Source: a virus (Duplodnaviria; Heunggongvirae; Uroviricota; Caudoviricetes). Taken from it: 64,000 nucleotides of DNA. The notes under the pieces are model-generated. The model searched no databases and was not told the DNA's origin. It saw only the letters and a program-made list of their open reading frames with translations. Position 1 is the first letter of the stretch. Each line of letters begins with the position of its first letter. Location: IMG/VR virus record IMGVR_UViG_3300001687_000020. One strand, 5' to 3'. Shown piece by piece: positions 9,074 to 18,245 of the stretch. Position numbers and translations under genes: made by a program.

Positions 9074-9907
9074 ATGATTAGGACCAAAGTTTCTTCAATT
9101 TTCAAGCATACTTCTGATATCTTGACTACGGTGTTATTCCTGTGTCTCTTTGTTTACGTTTTTATGGCCTTAGCAAGTCTTCCTTTAGCCATGAAATATG
9201 TCCTTACTGGGGCATTAGCATTTGCTTTCTTGGCAACTGTTGGGGCATTACTTTATAAGAAGTTGAAGATCAATTTAATTGCCCAATTAATAATACTTGC
9301 TTTGGCCTCTCCGTTACTTTATCTTTCATTCACTGTACCTGTGGAATACACCAACCTGGGAGGAATCAAGTATTATGTATATTATGGTCTCCAAGCTATT
9401 GGGTTTAAAATAGTTTCGGTACCTATCGGATTACTTGTTTATTCGGTATTGGTAACCATTTTTGGTGTTACCCTTATTGAGGGAGTTTTCAAAATCTCTT
9501 TCAGGAAGTTGTTTAAAAAGACCAAACTTCAGGAGGATGAGTCTAGTCCTGTAGGCTATTTTGCGGTAGTAGATGACGAAGGAAAACTTAGAACTACTCC
9601 AGTTGAGATGAAAGATGGAAAAATTATTTTTCCTTCAAAAGAAGTCGGACAAGTTATAGATCATCCGGAAGAAATGGTCAAAGTAACTCCTGAAATTCCT
9701 ATCAATATTCCTGGGCCTACTGAGCAACCGGAAATAAAAGATACGGTTGAAGGTGGTCAAGAACAGGAAGAGGAGGAAATCCCTCAGAAAACTTCCCAGA
9801 AGATGGAATCCGGTCAACCTATCGCAAAGGTTGAGACAAAAGTGGTTTCTAAAACTGGGGCGAAAAGGGGGCCAAAACCAGGAATAAAGAAAGCGACTAG
9901 TAAATAG
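9074..9907 (+). CDS. multi-pass membrane protein with disordered acidic/proline-rich C-terminus
   Basis: At least four TM segments, then a low-complexity PE/Q-rich tail. SD AAAGGAGG. Confidence 0.55.
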   Translation: MIRTKVSSIFKHTSDILTTVLFLCLFVYVFMALASLPLAMKYVLTGALAFAFLATVGALLYKKLKINLIAQLIILALASPLLYLSFTVPVEYTNLGGIKYYVYYGLQAIGFKIVSVPIGLLVYSVLVTIFGVTLIEGVFKISFRKLFKKTKLQEDESSPVGYFAVVDDEGKLRTTPVEMKDGKIIFPSKEVGQVIDHPEEMVKVTPEIPINIPGPTEQPEIKDTVEGGQEQEEEEIPQKTSQKMESGQPIAKVETKVVSKTGAKRGPKPGIKKATSK

Positions 9908-9995
9908 TCACTTTCCCGAAAAAAGAGGGGAAGTTACGTTTTTTCAGTTTCTTCCCCTCTTTGATTTTCTTTATAAACTATGTAGTAAAGAAGGA

Positions 9996-10026
9996 AAAAT
10001 ATGGGACCCTCCGGGGGTCTTTTTTT
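9996..10026 (+). terminator. rho-independent terminator
   Basis: GGGACCCTCCGGGGGTC followed by a T8 run, placed after the 9074..9907 gene. Confidence 0.6.
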
Positions 10027-10057
10027 TGCTTCTTTTTTTTAAGAATTAGCGAAAAAA

Positions 10058-10085
10058 TGAGGGCCCCCCGAAGGGGACCCTACAT
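10058..10085 (-). terminator. hairpin terminator (minus strand)
   Basis: Minus-strand reading GGGTCCCCTTCGGGGGGCCC followed by TCATTTTTT, downstream of the capsid gene. Confidence 0.5.
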
Positions 10086-10205
10086 TCACCATTGGGGTAA
10101 TGGTTTTAAAAGGAAACTCCAATGATCGGTAAATCCATACTTATTAATAAGGAATCAAATAAATGATAAATACTTAACCATAAATACATGGAAGTAAATT
10201 AGATT

Positions 10206-10234
10206 TGGCGGCCCCCCGAAAGGGACCGCTTTCA
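10206..10234 (-). terminator. hairpin immediately downstream of capsid gene
   Basis: Minus-strand GCGGTCCCTTTCGGGGGGCCGC. It has the same GGGNCCCC-TTCG-GGGGNCCC architecture as the two hairpins above. Confidence 0.5.
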
Positions 10235-10280
10235 TCTAATAAGGAGTAAGTCCAATTAAAGGAAAGAGGAGATCCAAAAA

Positions 10281-11732
10281 TTAGGACTCGGTAATTGTCA
10301 AAGTAGCAATACCGTTAGATCTGACCAAAGCAGTCGCATAACGTGACAAAATGGTCAAACTCGGTTTTGCCCCTAGTGGGTAAGGATGAAGGATGGCCGG
10401 AACGTACGGTGCGTAAAAGTAGACGGCCTTAACATCCTCAACCGGTTTGTATACCAAAACCATGGTTCCCTGAGTTACCTCAGAAGAAGTCAAAATCTTC
10501 CATTTTCCACCAGAAACTGTGGCAGTTCTATAACCCACATCACCATTGACATCTGAAGTCCCTGTATAGGCAAAACCATTAAGGGCTTCAAAAATCGCTG
10601 CGTCAAGAGGATTACATAGAATTGTGTTTGCGGAACCAATGTTTGTGTCATTATAGACCTGGCCCGACAAAGCACTAAGAATAGGAAGAATATTCTCAAA
10701 CCAATATTTTTGACCCCAAGCGTAGGTCGCCGGTGGGGTTTTGTCAAAAGTGTTGGTATGAGTGGCTGCATTTAAACGAGTATTAGCAGAAATAAGAGCA
10801 GCAATAATTTCCCTATCGATATCCAAAGCAATTTGCTGACCCAAAAGGTTAACAATTTCTGCCTGGAGAGATAGGTCAAAAAGTGCCCTCATATCCTGCT
10901 CCATATTAATTGACCAGTTAGAACTGATCTGTCGATCCCTTGCATATAGCCTAATTTTGTCAACCGTTAGGTTAACAATGGGATTGACCTGATTTTCCTC
11001 AAGCGAACAGGTAACTGAATACCTTACGCTAGTAACAACTGCGGTCGTACTTGCGATACTTACCACACCAGTCAAATAATTGACATGACCGGTAACTACA
11101 TCTGCATGCCCAGCAACGGTTACCGAGGAGGCAAAATAACCTTCCACATCGGGAACGATTTGGACATCAGTGTAATTACCCGTGGAGTCAACCACTCGAG
11201 AAATCTCAAAATCTCTCTCAAGGTGTGCCTGAGAAGAGGTCAAACTAATCGCCGTCAACACATTCGTGCTCGAGGGAACTGCCATCGTGGCAGCGGTGGG
11301 AATACCCGAAACTGGTCCACGAGAAACATCCTGAGTCACGGAAGGAGCAGACGCAGTAAAAGAAGGATTAGTTGACGTAAAAGTTGCTGTAATATAAGGT
11401 TTTACACATTCAGGTTTATCCATTGGGGAGACAGTAATTGCCTCTTTAGCAACCAATTTTGGATAGTAAACCCTGATAATAGGGAGAGTAAGTGTCTCAT
11501 AAGGATTGATTTGGTACATCGAGTTTTCCAAAAGGGTAACTCTAGCATTTTCTGCCAGCTGACAGAAAACTTCCTTATCCTTAGGAGATTCAATACTCTC
11601 AGCCAAAGTCGACTTATACATATCCCAAGCAGTATCGTTAACCAATACTTCTCGGAATCGACCTGGTTTTGTCGGATCGATACCCGATTTCTTTTTCACA
11701 GTCCGATAAGCTTCCGTTAGAATATATTTCAT
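10281..11732 (-). CDS. major capsid protein (T4 gp23-like, HK97 fold)
   Basis: 483 aa. Placed last in the portal-protease-scaffold-capsid order. General gp23-like character along the sequence. SD AAAGGAGGAG. Confidence 0.8.
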   Translation of the reverse strand: MKYILTEAYRTVKKKSGIDPTKPGRFREVLVNDTAWDMYKSTLAESIESPKDKEVFCQLAENARVTLLENSMYQINPYETLTLPIIRVYYPKLVAKEAITVSPMDKPECVKPYITATFTSTNPSFTASAPSVTQDVSRGPVSGIPTAATMAVPSSTNVLTAISLTSSQAHLERDFEISRVVDSTGNYTDVQIVPDVEGYFASSVTVAGHADVVTGHVNYLTGVVSIASTTAVVTSVRYSVTCSLEENQVNPIVNLTVDKIRLYARDRQISSNWSINMEQDMRALFDLSLQAEIVNLLGQQIALDIDREIIAALISANTRLNAATHTNTFDKTPPATYAWGQKYWFENILPILSALSGQVYNDTNIGSANTILCNPLDAAIFEALNGFAYTGTSDVNGDVGYRTATVSGGKWKILTSSEVTQGTMVLVYKPVEDVKAVYFYAPYVPAILHPYPLGAKPSLTILSRYATALVRSNGIATLTITES

Positions 11733-11881
11733 ATCCTAAACTCCTCCTTTTTGATTGATGTATTACTGCTTTTTGATAGAAGTTATGGTACGTTTCTAGT
11801 ATTATGTTCAGATCTTTTTTCTTTATTATTCTACAAAAAAAGAATGTTTTAAAATATATTCCAGAATGATTCTGGTATATA

Positions 11882-12304
11882 CTATAAAACGTCAACTGAA
11901 CTAATACTTTTAGAAATTAAGGAGGAAAGTTCACTTATATGCTTTTTTAGTAAATCTTCATCTAAGTTATCTATTCCTTTTAAAAGAAGTATAATATCCT
12001 CTCTTCTACTCTTCTCTGCTAATCCGAATTTAACTATCTTATAAATTTTCTTTAATAATTCTCTAACTAATTTTTGTCTATTTATAGAAGTCATTAAACT
12101 TTTCATGTGATTACTTTCAGTAGAAACTTTTTCTTTTATTTCTTTGACTTTTTTTTCTATTTCTAAAACTTCTTTTTGCTTTTCTAATTCTTTTTTCTTA
12201 AACAACGGGAGGATATATTTCTCTACTTCTTCTCCAATCTTATATCTAATTTCATCTTCATTATAGAATAGTACATCAGGAATAGAAGTAAGTTCTATTT
12301 TCAT
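11882..12304 (-). CDS. prohead scaffolding protein (gp22-like coiled coil)
   Basis: K/E-rich heptad-repeat protein located between the protease and the capsid gene. Confidence 0.55.
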   Translation of the reverse strand: MKIELTSIPDVLFYNEDEIRYKIGEEVEKYILPLFKKKELEKQKEVLEIEKKVKEIKEKVSTESNHMKSLMTSINRQKLVRELLKKIYKIVKFGLAEKSRREDIILLLKGIDNLDEDLLKKHISELSSLISKSISSVDVL

Positions 12305-12603
12305 AATTTCTTTTCCTTCAAAGTTTTTAAGATTTCTTTTCTTATCTCTGCATTTTCATTAGCTAAAGTTGTTAATTCTATTATTATTCTTTTCTTCAAA
12401 ACTTGACTTTTCTCTAATAACTTTTCATTTTTAGAAAGTTTGTCAGTGAGTCTTTTTTTAACTGAATCTAAAGAGTCATTATCGTCAGGAGGGAAGACTA
12501 GTAATTTACTAGTCTCAAAGGATTGGGTTAGAAGGAAATCAATTATTTCTTCTCTCTCTAAATGGTCTCTTTTCCAACCATGTTCGTATACTTCAATTTT
12601 CAT
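12301..12603 (-). CDS. coiled-coil prohead/scaffold-associated protein
   Basis: K/E/L-rich. ATGA overlap with the downstream scaffold gene suggests translational coupling. Confidence 0.45.
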   Translation of the reverse strand: MKIEVYEHGWKRDHLEREEIIDFLLTQSFETSKLLVFPPDDNDSLDSVKKRLTDKLSKNEKLLEKSQVLKKRIIIELTTLANENAEIRKEILKTLKEKKL

Positions 12604-12664
12604 AAATACCCCAGATTTCTTAATTATTCTTTATTCGATAATTTCGTTACTAAATATGGGACCA

Positions 12665-12712
12665 AGAGGACAGACGAGGTCTTATTTTTTGAGGGCCATT
12701 TGGTTTTTCTTT
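12665..12712. promoter_or_regulatory. intra-operon hairpin (11-bp stem, large loop)
   Basis: GACGAGGTCTT ... AAGACCTCGTC inverted repeat in the 260-bp gap between the phosphatase and scaffold genes. Confidence 0.4.
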
Positions 12713-12864
12713 TAAAGACCTCGTCTTCCTACAAGGCTAAAAATGTTGGACAGTTTTATATAATAAACTCAACTAGAAGTTGAGATTGACTAGGAAATTA
12801 GACTCTTGGCATGAGTTCCGTTGCGTGCCGACATATTATATTGTCGAAAATTAGAACTTGGAGT

Positions 12865-13284
12865 CTATTCCATATTTTTAAATGAGTTCAAAACTTTGCT
12901 ATAAACTAACATATTCGGAATAAAAAATGAGTTTTTAAAAAAATCAACATCTTCTCCGTTTATTACTTTACTTAAAGCCGCCGCCATTCCTGCTGATCTT
13001 GATATCCCAGCACAACACTGGCATATAATCAATTCTATATTAAACATATGAGTAGTTACAAAATTTCTAACTAAATCGGCCATATTAGAATCAAATTTTA
13101 TAGTATCAATCACTTCACTATCTACATCATCAAAAGATAATCGCAGAATACCCTTACATTCGTCATACTTATTTATCGGAATATCTTTTTGGTTTGGGCA
13201 AGTTATAGAAATTACTATATAAGGAATGCTAGGATGGATATTCATTACTTGTGTTTTATTCAACACTAGAAATTTCATTTTCAT
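12865..13284 (-). CDS. dual-specificity / tyrosine-type protein phosphatase (CX5R)
   Basis: ICQCCAGISRSAGMAAA matches the HCxxGxxRS/T P-loop of Cys-based phosphatases. Confidence 0.65.
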   Translation of the reverse strand: MKMKFLVLNKTQVMNIHPSIPYIVISITCPNQKDIPINKYDECKGILRLSFDDVDSEVIDTIKFDSNMADLVRNFVTTHMFNIELIICQCCAGISRSAGMAAALSKVINGEDVDFFKNSFFIPNMLVYSKVLNSFKNME

Positions 13285-13331
13285 AGTTAATTCCTCTTAA
13301 TTCGATATTCGTTTTTAGATTCTTAATATTT

Positions 13332-14033
13332 CTAAAACCAGGATTCTTGAATTCTTATCATTCTACTTTCTACTAACCTATCAAAATATTCAGCCAAAAA
13401 GCAATCCCCATTTTTAGTACATATTAAACTCCCATTACAAGTTTCAGTTATAGAATTTTTATTCAAATAAGTTGGAAGTTTTGTGGACTCAAATGTGACT
13501 TCTGCCACAGTTGCTTTTTCATGGGAGGGATTAGAGACTGCGTCATAACAAATAACTACCAATGGATCTTGAACGTCATTAAATCCTTCTTGCATTCTTC
13601 TTAATTCAGCTAATCCTCGGAGACTTAAACCAATACCTACTTGATCTTTTAAGAGACCTAGTAAATCTCTTCCTGGTTTATTAGAAAGAGTTTCCATTTC
13701 TCCCCAAACTAAATTATTTCCGCCAAATTCATAATTCCTAAGAATAAGACACGAATTAGACAATAATGGAACACTTTGGCGAATTTCATCATATGTGGGA
13801 TTTCCTGTAGGAATAGGGTGATCTAATTCTCCATAAAAAGACCTTCCATCCATTCTTCCTTTCGCTTTTAGCAAACCTGATTCAAGAACTGATCTTCGAT
13901 ATCTTCTTTTATTCCTATTGACTTCATCCACAGTTTGTAAAACCGACCTAAAAACAGCTTTATCTTTCTTTAGATAATCTATTTTAGGTTGGTTATATAC
14001 AGCACCTTCTCTTATGAAATATAGTCCTGACAT
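13332..14033 (-). CDS. prohead core protease (T4 gp21-like)
   Basis: Segment VDEVNRNKRRYRRSVLE and the GELDHP region resemble T4 gp21 (EVVNRNKRLYP...GELNHP). Its position after the portal and core proteins also fits. Confidence 0.85.
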   Translation of the reverse strand: MSGLYFIREGAVYNQPKIDYLKKDKAVFRSVLQTVDEVNRNKRRYRRSVLESGLLKAKGRMDGRSFYGELDHPIPTGNPTYDEIRQSVPLLSNSCLILRNYEFGGNNLVWGEMETLSNKPGRDLLGLLKDQVGIGLSLRGLAELRRMQEGFNDVQDPLVVICYDAVSNPSHEKATVAEVTFESTKLPTYLNKNSITETCNGSLICTKNGDCFLAEYFDRLVESRMIRIQESWF

Positions 14034-14045
14034 GAATTTTTTCTC

Positions 14046-14522
14046 CTATTTTTCCTCTTCAGCTTGTTTTTCATAGTAAGCTTTAAGTAAGGCATACGCA
14101 TATTTGAGGAACTTATAGAACGAGATAATAATATCGTCCATTCTATCTTTAAAAGAGTCTAAATTAGAAGTAACTATAGCAAATAATTCCAAAGCGCTAC
14201 TAATATACGATTTTAATTTTAATAATTTTCTATCAGTAGCTAGATCCAAAAATGAAGAAAGTGCCTGAAGTCTAGAAAAGATTTTCTTTAACTCATAAAC
14301 TCTTCCTATATATTCATCAGTATATTCTTTTTCTTCAGGCATTCCCATCCCTACTCCACCCATTCCTGCCATACTTGGATCCATTCCTGGAGTCATACCT
14401 GGTTCCATTGCCTCTGGTGTTTCGGGTATAGTTTCCTCGGGAGGTGCCTCTTCTGGAGGAATCTCAGGAGCAGTTTCTTTTTCTGGAGTTTCTAATTCTT
14501 GCTCAGTCATTAAAATTGCCAT
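14046..14522 (-). CDS. acidic prohead core protein (gp67/gp68-like)
   Basis: PE-rich N-terminus followed by Met/Gly-rich repeats. Sits between the portal and the protease as in T4. Confidence 0.5.
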   Translation of the reverse strand: MAILMTEQELETPEKETAPEIPPEEAPPEETIPETPEAMEPGMTPGMDPSMAGMGGVGMGMPEEKEYTDEYIGRVYELKKIFSRLQALSSFLDLATDRKLLKLKSYISSALELFAIVTSNLDSFKDRMDDIIISFYKFLKYAYALLKAYYEKQAEEEK

Positions 14523-14532
14523 AATCTATATC

Positions 14533-15258
14533 CTATATGTGGTATTGCTTAATAAGGTTTCTTAACCTAACTATTTTAAGACGTTGAACTTCTATCTTAT
14601 CTTCTATTTCACTTTTACACTTATCTTTAAAATCTGGATGTAAAGAGAATTTTGTATCACACTCTTCTAATTCATCCATATATTTATTAATTTTTTGTTC
14701 AAGCTTTTTAATCTTTTCTTTCCATTCTTGTTTGATTTTATCTATTTTTGCTACCTGATCTTCCATTATTCCATATTCTGTTTTAATTTGAGATTCCACA
14801 CGTTTTCTATAAACTTCAGAATTTGTTCTTTTAGGGACTTCTTGTGCTAACAATTTCTTATAGAAAGCTATTTTTCTTTTTGCGTCTAAATATCTAACTT
14901 TTGCGACACAAGCATCTCTATCATCACTAATAGAATATGTTCCACATACTTTAAAAGCCTTATCTTTTATGGCTTGAATCGTTCTCCACATAAACCATAA
15001 TGTAGAGGAAATCGCTAAACCTAATATAGCAGACTCTTGAATACCCAAGTTATATTTAGAAATATTAAAACGATCTTCTAAGATATTCTTTGCCTGGGAA
15101 TCTAGTGGGTTAATTTTTCCATCTAATAATAAAGACATTAATTGATGTTCGTTACATCGATCAATAACTTCTAAAAGTGATATTTTCTCATTAAATTCTA
15201 ACGAATCACTTTCAAAAACTATAGATCCAAAAAAGGCTTTTAAAGAACTTTTATTCAT
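14533..15258 (-). CDS. prohead-associated protein with TM segment and coiled coil
   Basis: Positional call only. Contains one hydrophobic helix and a KE-rich coiled-coil C-terminus. Confidence 0.45.
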   Translation of the reverse strand: MNKSSLKAFFGSIVFESDSLEFNEKISLLEVIDRCNEHQLMSLLLDGKINPLDSQAKNILEDRFNISKYNLGIQESAILGLAISSTLWFMWRTIQAIKDKAFKVCGTYSISDDRDACVAKVRYLDAKRKIAFYKKLLAQEVPKRTNSEVYRKRVESQIKTEYGIMEDQVAKIDKIKQEWKEKIKKLEQKINKYMDELEECDTKFSLHPDFKDKCKSEIEDKIEVQRLKIVRLRNLIKQYHI

Positions 15259-15268
15259 AGTTTATCTC

Positions 15269-17167
15269 CTAAATCGCTCCCATCGCAGGACCTCCAAAAC
15301 CACCCATTCCCGCTTCGCCTTCTTCGCTTTTATTAGTAATCTTTTCTATATCAGCCGTAACTTCATCACTTTCTACTTCTTGCCAATCAATGTCGGGTAG
15401 ATATTTTTTCTTAGAGTATTCTTTAGAAATACCAATTCTTTCAAGTGATTCAATCATGTTGACAATATCTGAAATATGTCTTGCTTGTCTCTCATATTGA
15501 AGTGATTTTGGTGCTTGAAACGCTATATTTATTTCGTCATACATCGCTAAAGTTTCTTCAGGAAATGTTAACTCCAATAACTTATGAACTAATTCTTCTA
15601 CATCTCCACTTAGTATTTTTTGATAGTTAATAATCGATCTAGTAAAAGATATATTTTCTTCACTTAAAGCTGCTTTATTTGATAAATTAGTTTCGAGCCC
15701 AATGAAGGCTGGGGGAACATTCAAGGCGGCAATTATACTATCTCTAATATAAGCCAACTCGTCGACTTTTCCTCTAACGTCAACTCCGCCTGCGTTGAAT
15801 GTATCGATTTCCACAAATCTTCTTCCATCTTTCATCGGGACATAAATATCTTCAAACGTGGATATAGTAGACGGAATTGTATCTAATTGCCCATAACTTC
15901 CAATAGAAACTTTTCTTTTTCTAAACTCTTCTTTAAGTCCTTCAATTAATTTTTTGGCATCCCTCGGAAGACCAATTTCAACACCAATAATTCTTTTTTC
16001 TGTTGATCTTGAAATCCTATGGACTGTAAGAGCAGTTTCCAATGATATCAATAGTTTAGCTAAAAACTCTACTGGATAAAACACTGACTCCCCATAAGGA
16101 TAAAATTTTGTACTAGGGAGTTTAAAATGTTGCATTCTATTAGGTGGGACAAATCTTACATTTAAGATAGATCTAGATTCAACTTTAGATAAAATAGATG
16201 ATATTACCGCCTTTAAATCTTCATTATTCTTAAACTCATCATAATTCGGAAGCATATTGGCCAAGTTTTTCAAAATTTGATTACAAACATTATCAACAGT
16301 ACTACTACTTGGTCCCGCACTTTGGACTATATTGTCATATCTTGGAAATATTAAATATCCAAAGCATACACTAAATAAACTACTTTGAAGTTTAACCACC
16401 CACTCGGGATGATGGAAAAGAAGGTGAACATCAGATATGTCTTTTCCTTCTTTTTGACCATTTCCGTTAGAGGGAGTTTTATCTTCATTGATATACATAT
16501 TGAATATTTTAAATGTGATATCTTTTTCTTTTTCTCGGTCTTTATCCTTCATTTTTATATTAATATCAAAATTAGCTATTTCTCTTTGAGCGATTAGATT
16601 TCTTATACTCTGAGATTCTGCTAAATATGCTCTACTAGTTAAAGCAGTTTCACTATTTCCTACTTCTACAAAAAAGTCTCCATATAGAAGAGTACTTCGG
16701 ATTATTATATCCAAATTGTTTTCCAATTTAGTTTTCTTCATTATTTCTTTTATAGAACCAACAAATGCCTGGAGTCCTTCATCCTCACCTAAATCAGAAC
16801 TAAGCTTCACATCAAGAGATCGCTTAGTAATATCGTCAGGAGATATAATATTATCAACTATAACATTTAAAGCACGATAACAATAACTAATATTTCTTAT
16901 CATTGATTCATAACTTTTATATCTTTGTAACCGATCACCTTGTCCAAAAAAAGCGGGGTTAGCATTTGGAGAAAACCAATCAAACTTTGAGACAGCTTGT
17001 TGTTTTCCTGCTAAATTTTTAAGTAGTTCAACATAACTTAACCTACCACTATATGTTTTTAATTGAAGAATATCTTTTACCGCACTATCAAGCTGTGTGT
17101 CGATATCTAAAGTTTGAGTTCCTAAAATTTTAGATTTTAATTGATTATAGATGTCAGAAATAGGCAT
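15269..17167 (-). CDS. portal protein (gp20-like)
   Basis: 632 aa, placed at the head of the morphogenesis operon. Size and context match T4 gp20. The C-terminus is Gly/Met-rich. Confidence 0.7.
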   Translation of the reverse strand: MPISDIYNQLKSKILGTQTLDIDTQLDSAVKDILQLKTYSGRLSYVELLKNLAGKQQAVSKFDWFSPNANPAFFGQGDRLQRYKSYESMIRNISYCYRALNVIVDNIISPDDITKRSLDVKLSSDLGEDEGLQAFVGSIKEIMKKTKLENNLDIIIRSTLLYGDFFVEVGNSETALTSRAYLAESQSIRNLIAQREIANFDINIKMKDKDREKEKDITFKIFNMYINEDKTPSNGNGQKEGKDISDVHLLFHHPEWVVKLQSSLFSVCFGYLIFPRYDNIVQSAGPSSSTVDNVCNQILKNLANMLPNYDEFKNNEDLKAVISSILSKVESRSILNVRFVPPNRMQHFKLPSTKFYPYGESVFYPVEFLAKLLISLETALTVHRISRSTEKRIIGVEIGLPRDAKKLIEGLKEEFRKRKVSIGSYGQLDTIPSTISTFEDIYVPMKDGRRFVEIDTFNAGGVDVRGKVDELAYIRDSIIAALNVPPAFIGLETNLSNKAALSEENISFTRSIINYQKILSGDVEELVHKLLELTFPEETLAMYDEINIAFQAPKSLQYERQARHISDIVNMIESLERIGISKEYSKKKYLPDIDWQEVESDEVTADIEKITNKSEEGEAGMGGFGGPAMGAI

Positions 17168-17626
17168 TTATTTACCCTCTTTATAACTTAAACTTTCTAC
17201 TGGAAATTTCTCCGTTTCCCCACTCATTAGGTCTTCTACTGCAGTTTTTCTTATTTCATCTGCTTCTAGTTTAGAATAAAAATATATAGTCATTTCCGAA
17301 CATAAAGTTTCATAATCTCCGTACAAATAAATTAGTTCCTTTGTTAACTTTTTTCCTAATAATTTCAGAGATAACTGAGCAAATTTTTTTGCTGCTGCTG
17401 AATAATCGGATTCTGGAGGCATTGATGCATCTAAAGCATATACTAAAATATCTTTTCTATAAACTATCTCATAAGCTATTTCTAAATGATAATTCATAAT
17501 ACCTATGTAAGAGGAAAATTCAGTGACTGTTAATTTCTCTTTTTTTAAATTAACTATTTTAGAAGTTATAAAAATAGTCATCCATGCTAAAAAAAGAAAA
17601 GAACAAAGGAGATAAACTAATATCAT
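17168..17626 (-). CDS. hypothetical membrane-anchored protein
   Basis: N-terminal TM helix. Confidence 0.45.
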   Translation of the reverse strand: MILVYLLCSFLFLAWMTIFITSKIVNLKKEKLTVTEFSSYIGIMNYHLEIAYEIVYRKDILVYALDASMPPESDYSAAAKKFAQLSLKLLGKKLTKELIYLYGDYETLCSEMTIYFYSKLEADEIRKTAVEDLMSGETEKFPVESLSYKEGK

Positions 17627-17629
17627 AAC

Positions 17630-17878
17630 TTAATCCTTCTTCATTATTTCAGGTTGCTCATAGATATCTTTTACATCGACCATAGCTATTTCACTGGGTC
17701 TTATTGCTATAGATTCTCTAGAAAAATGTAAAAGTGTAACTTTTGAGGTCTTAAAAGTTCTAGAAATATCTTTTACATAATCATCTAACTTTATGTTTTT
17801 TGATATTTCATCTATTACTGTTTTCTGTATTCCATTTTTCAAAGTGATAGTTACTTCTTTCTTTATTATATTCTCCAA
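17630..17878 (-). CDS. hypothetical protein
   Basis: 82-aa ORF. Confidence 0.4.
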   Translation of the reverse strand: MENIIKKEVTITLKNGIQKTVIDEISKNIKLDDYVKDISRTFKTSKVTLLHFSRESIAIRPSEIAMVDVKDIYEQPEIMKKD

Positions 17879-17914
17879 TTCAATATCCTCCGTTAACCAA
17901 TAATATGTTCTGTT

Positions 17915-18151
17915 TTATGAATAGATTCTAATTGGTTCTAATTTCTTTTTTTCTCGTTTTTCTAACTTTTTAGCTTCCTCATTCAATGGAGTGATAGTAT
18001 AATCTTTTATTCCTTGACTTCTTAGACTAGCCTTTATCATTTCTATGTCTTTAAGTGATACTTTTTTAGATAAAGGACACCTATAAGGCTTATCATTTAT
18101 AACTAGCATTCCTTTCTTTCTAACTTCCAATAGATACTTTTCAGTTAACAT
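17915..18151 (-). CDS. hypothetical protein
   Basis: 78-aa ORF. Confidence 0.4.
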   Translation of the reverse strand: MLTEKYLLEVRKKGMLVINDKPYRCPLSKKVSLKDIEMIKASLRSQGIKDYTITPLNEEAKKLEKREKKKLEPIRIYS

Positions 18152-18245
18152 CTAAACCTCCAATTACATCAGAGAAATAAGTGAAAAATGTGCCCAGTAG
18201 ATTTTACTCTACCAGGCACATTAGTAACTATCTTAAAGGTTTTTT

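Noticed and set aside
10490-11720. Small ORFs 10490..10771(-), 11085..11375(+), 11402..11593(-), 11511..11720(+) inside the capsid gene
   Set aside because: They overlap the well-supported 483-aa capsid ORF in other frames or on the other strand. They lack SD sequences and have odd composition (Arg/Ser-rich).
16385-16597. 70-aa + strand ORF inside the portal gene
   Set aside because: It is antisense within the 632-aa portal ORF and has low-complexity Phe/Ile-rich composition.
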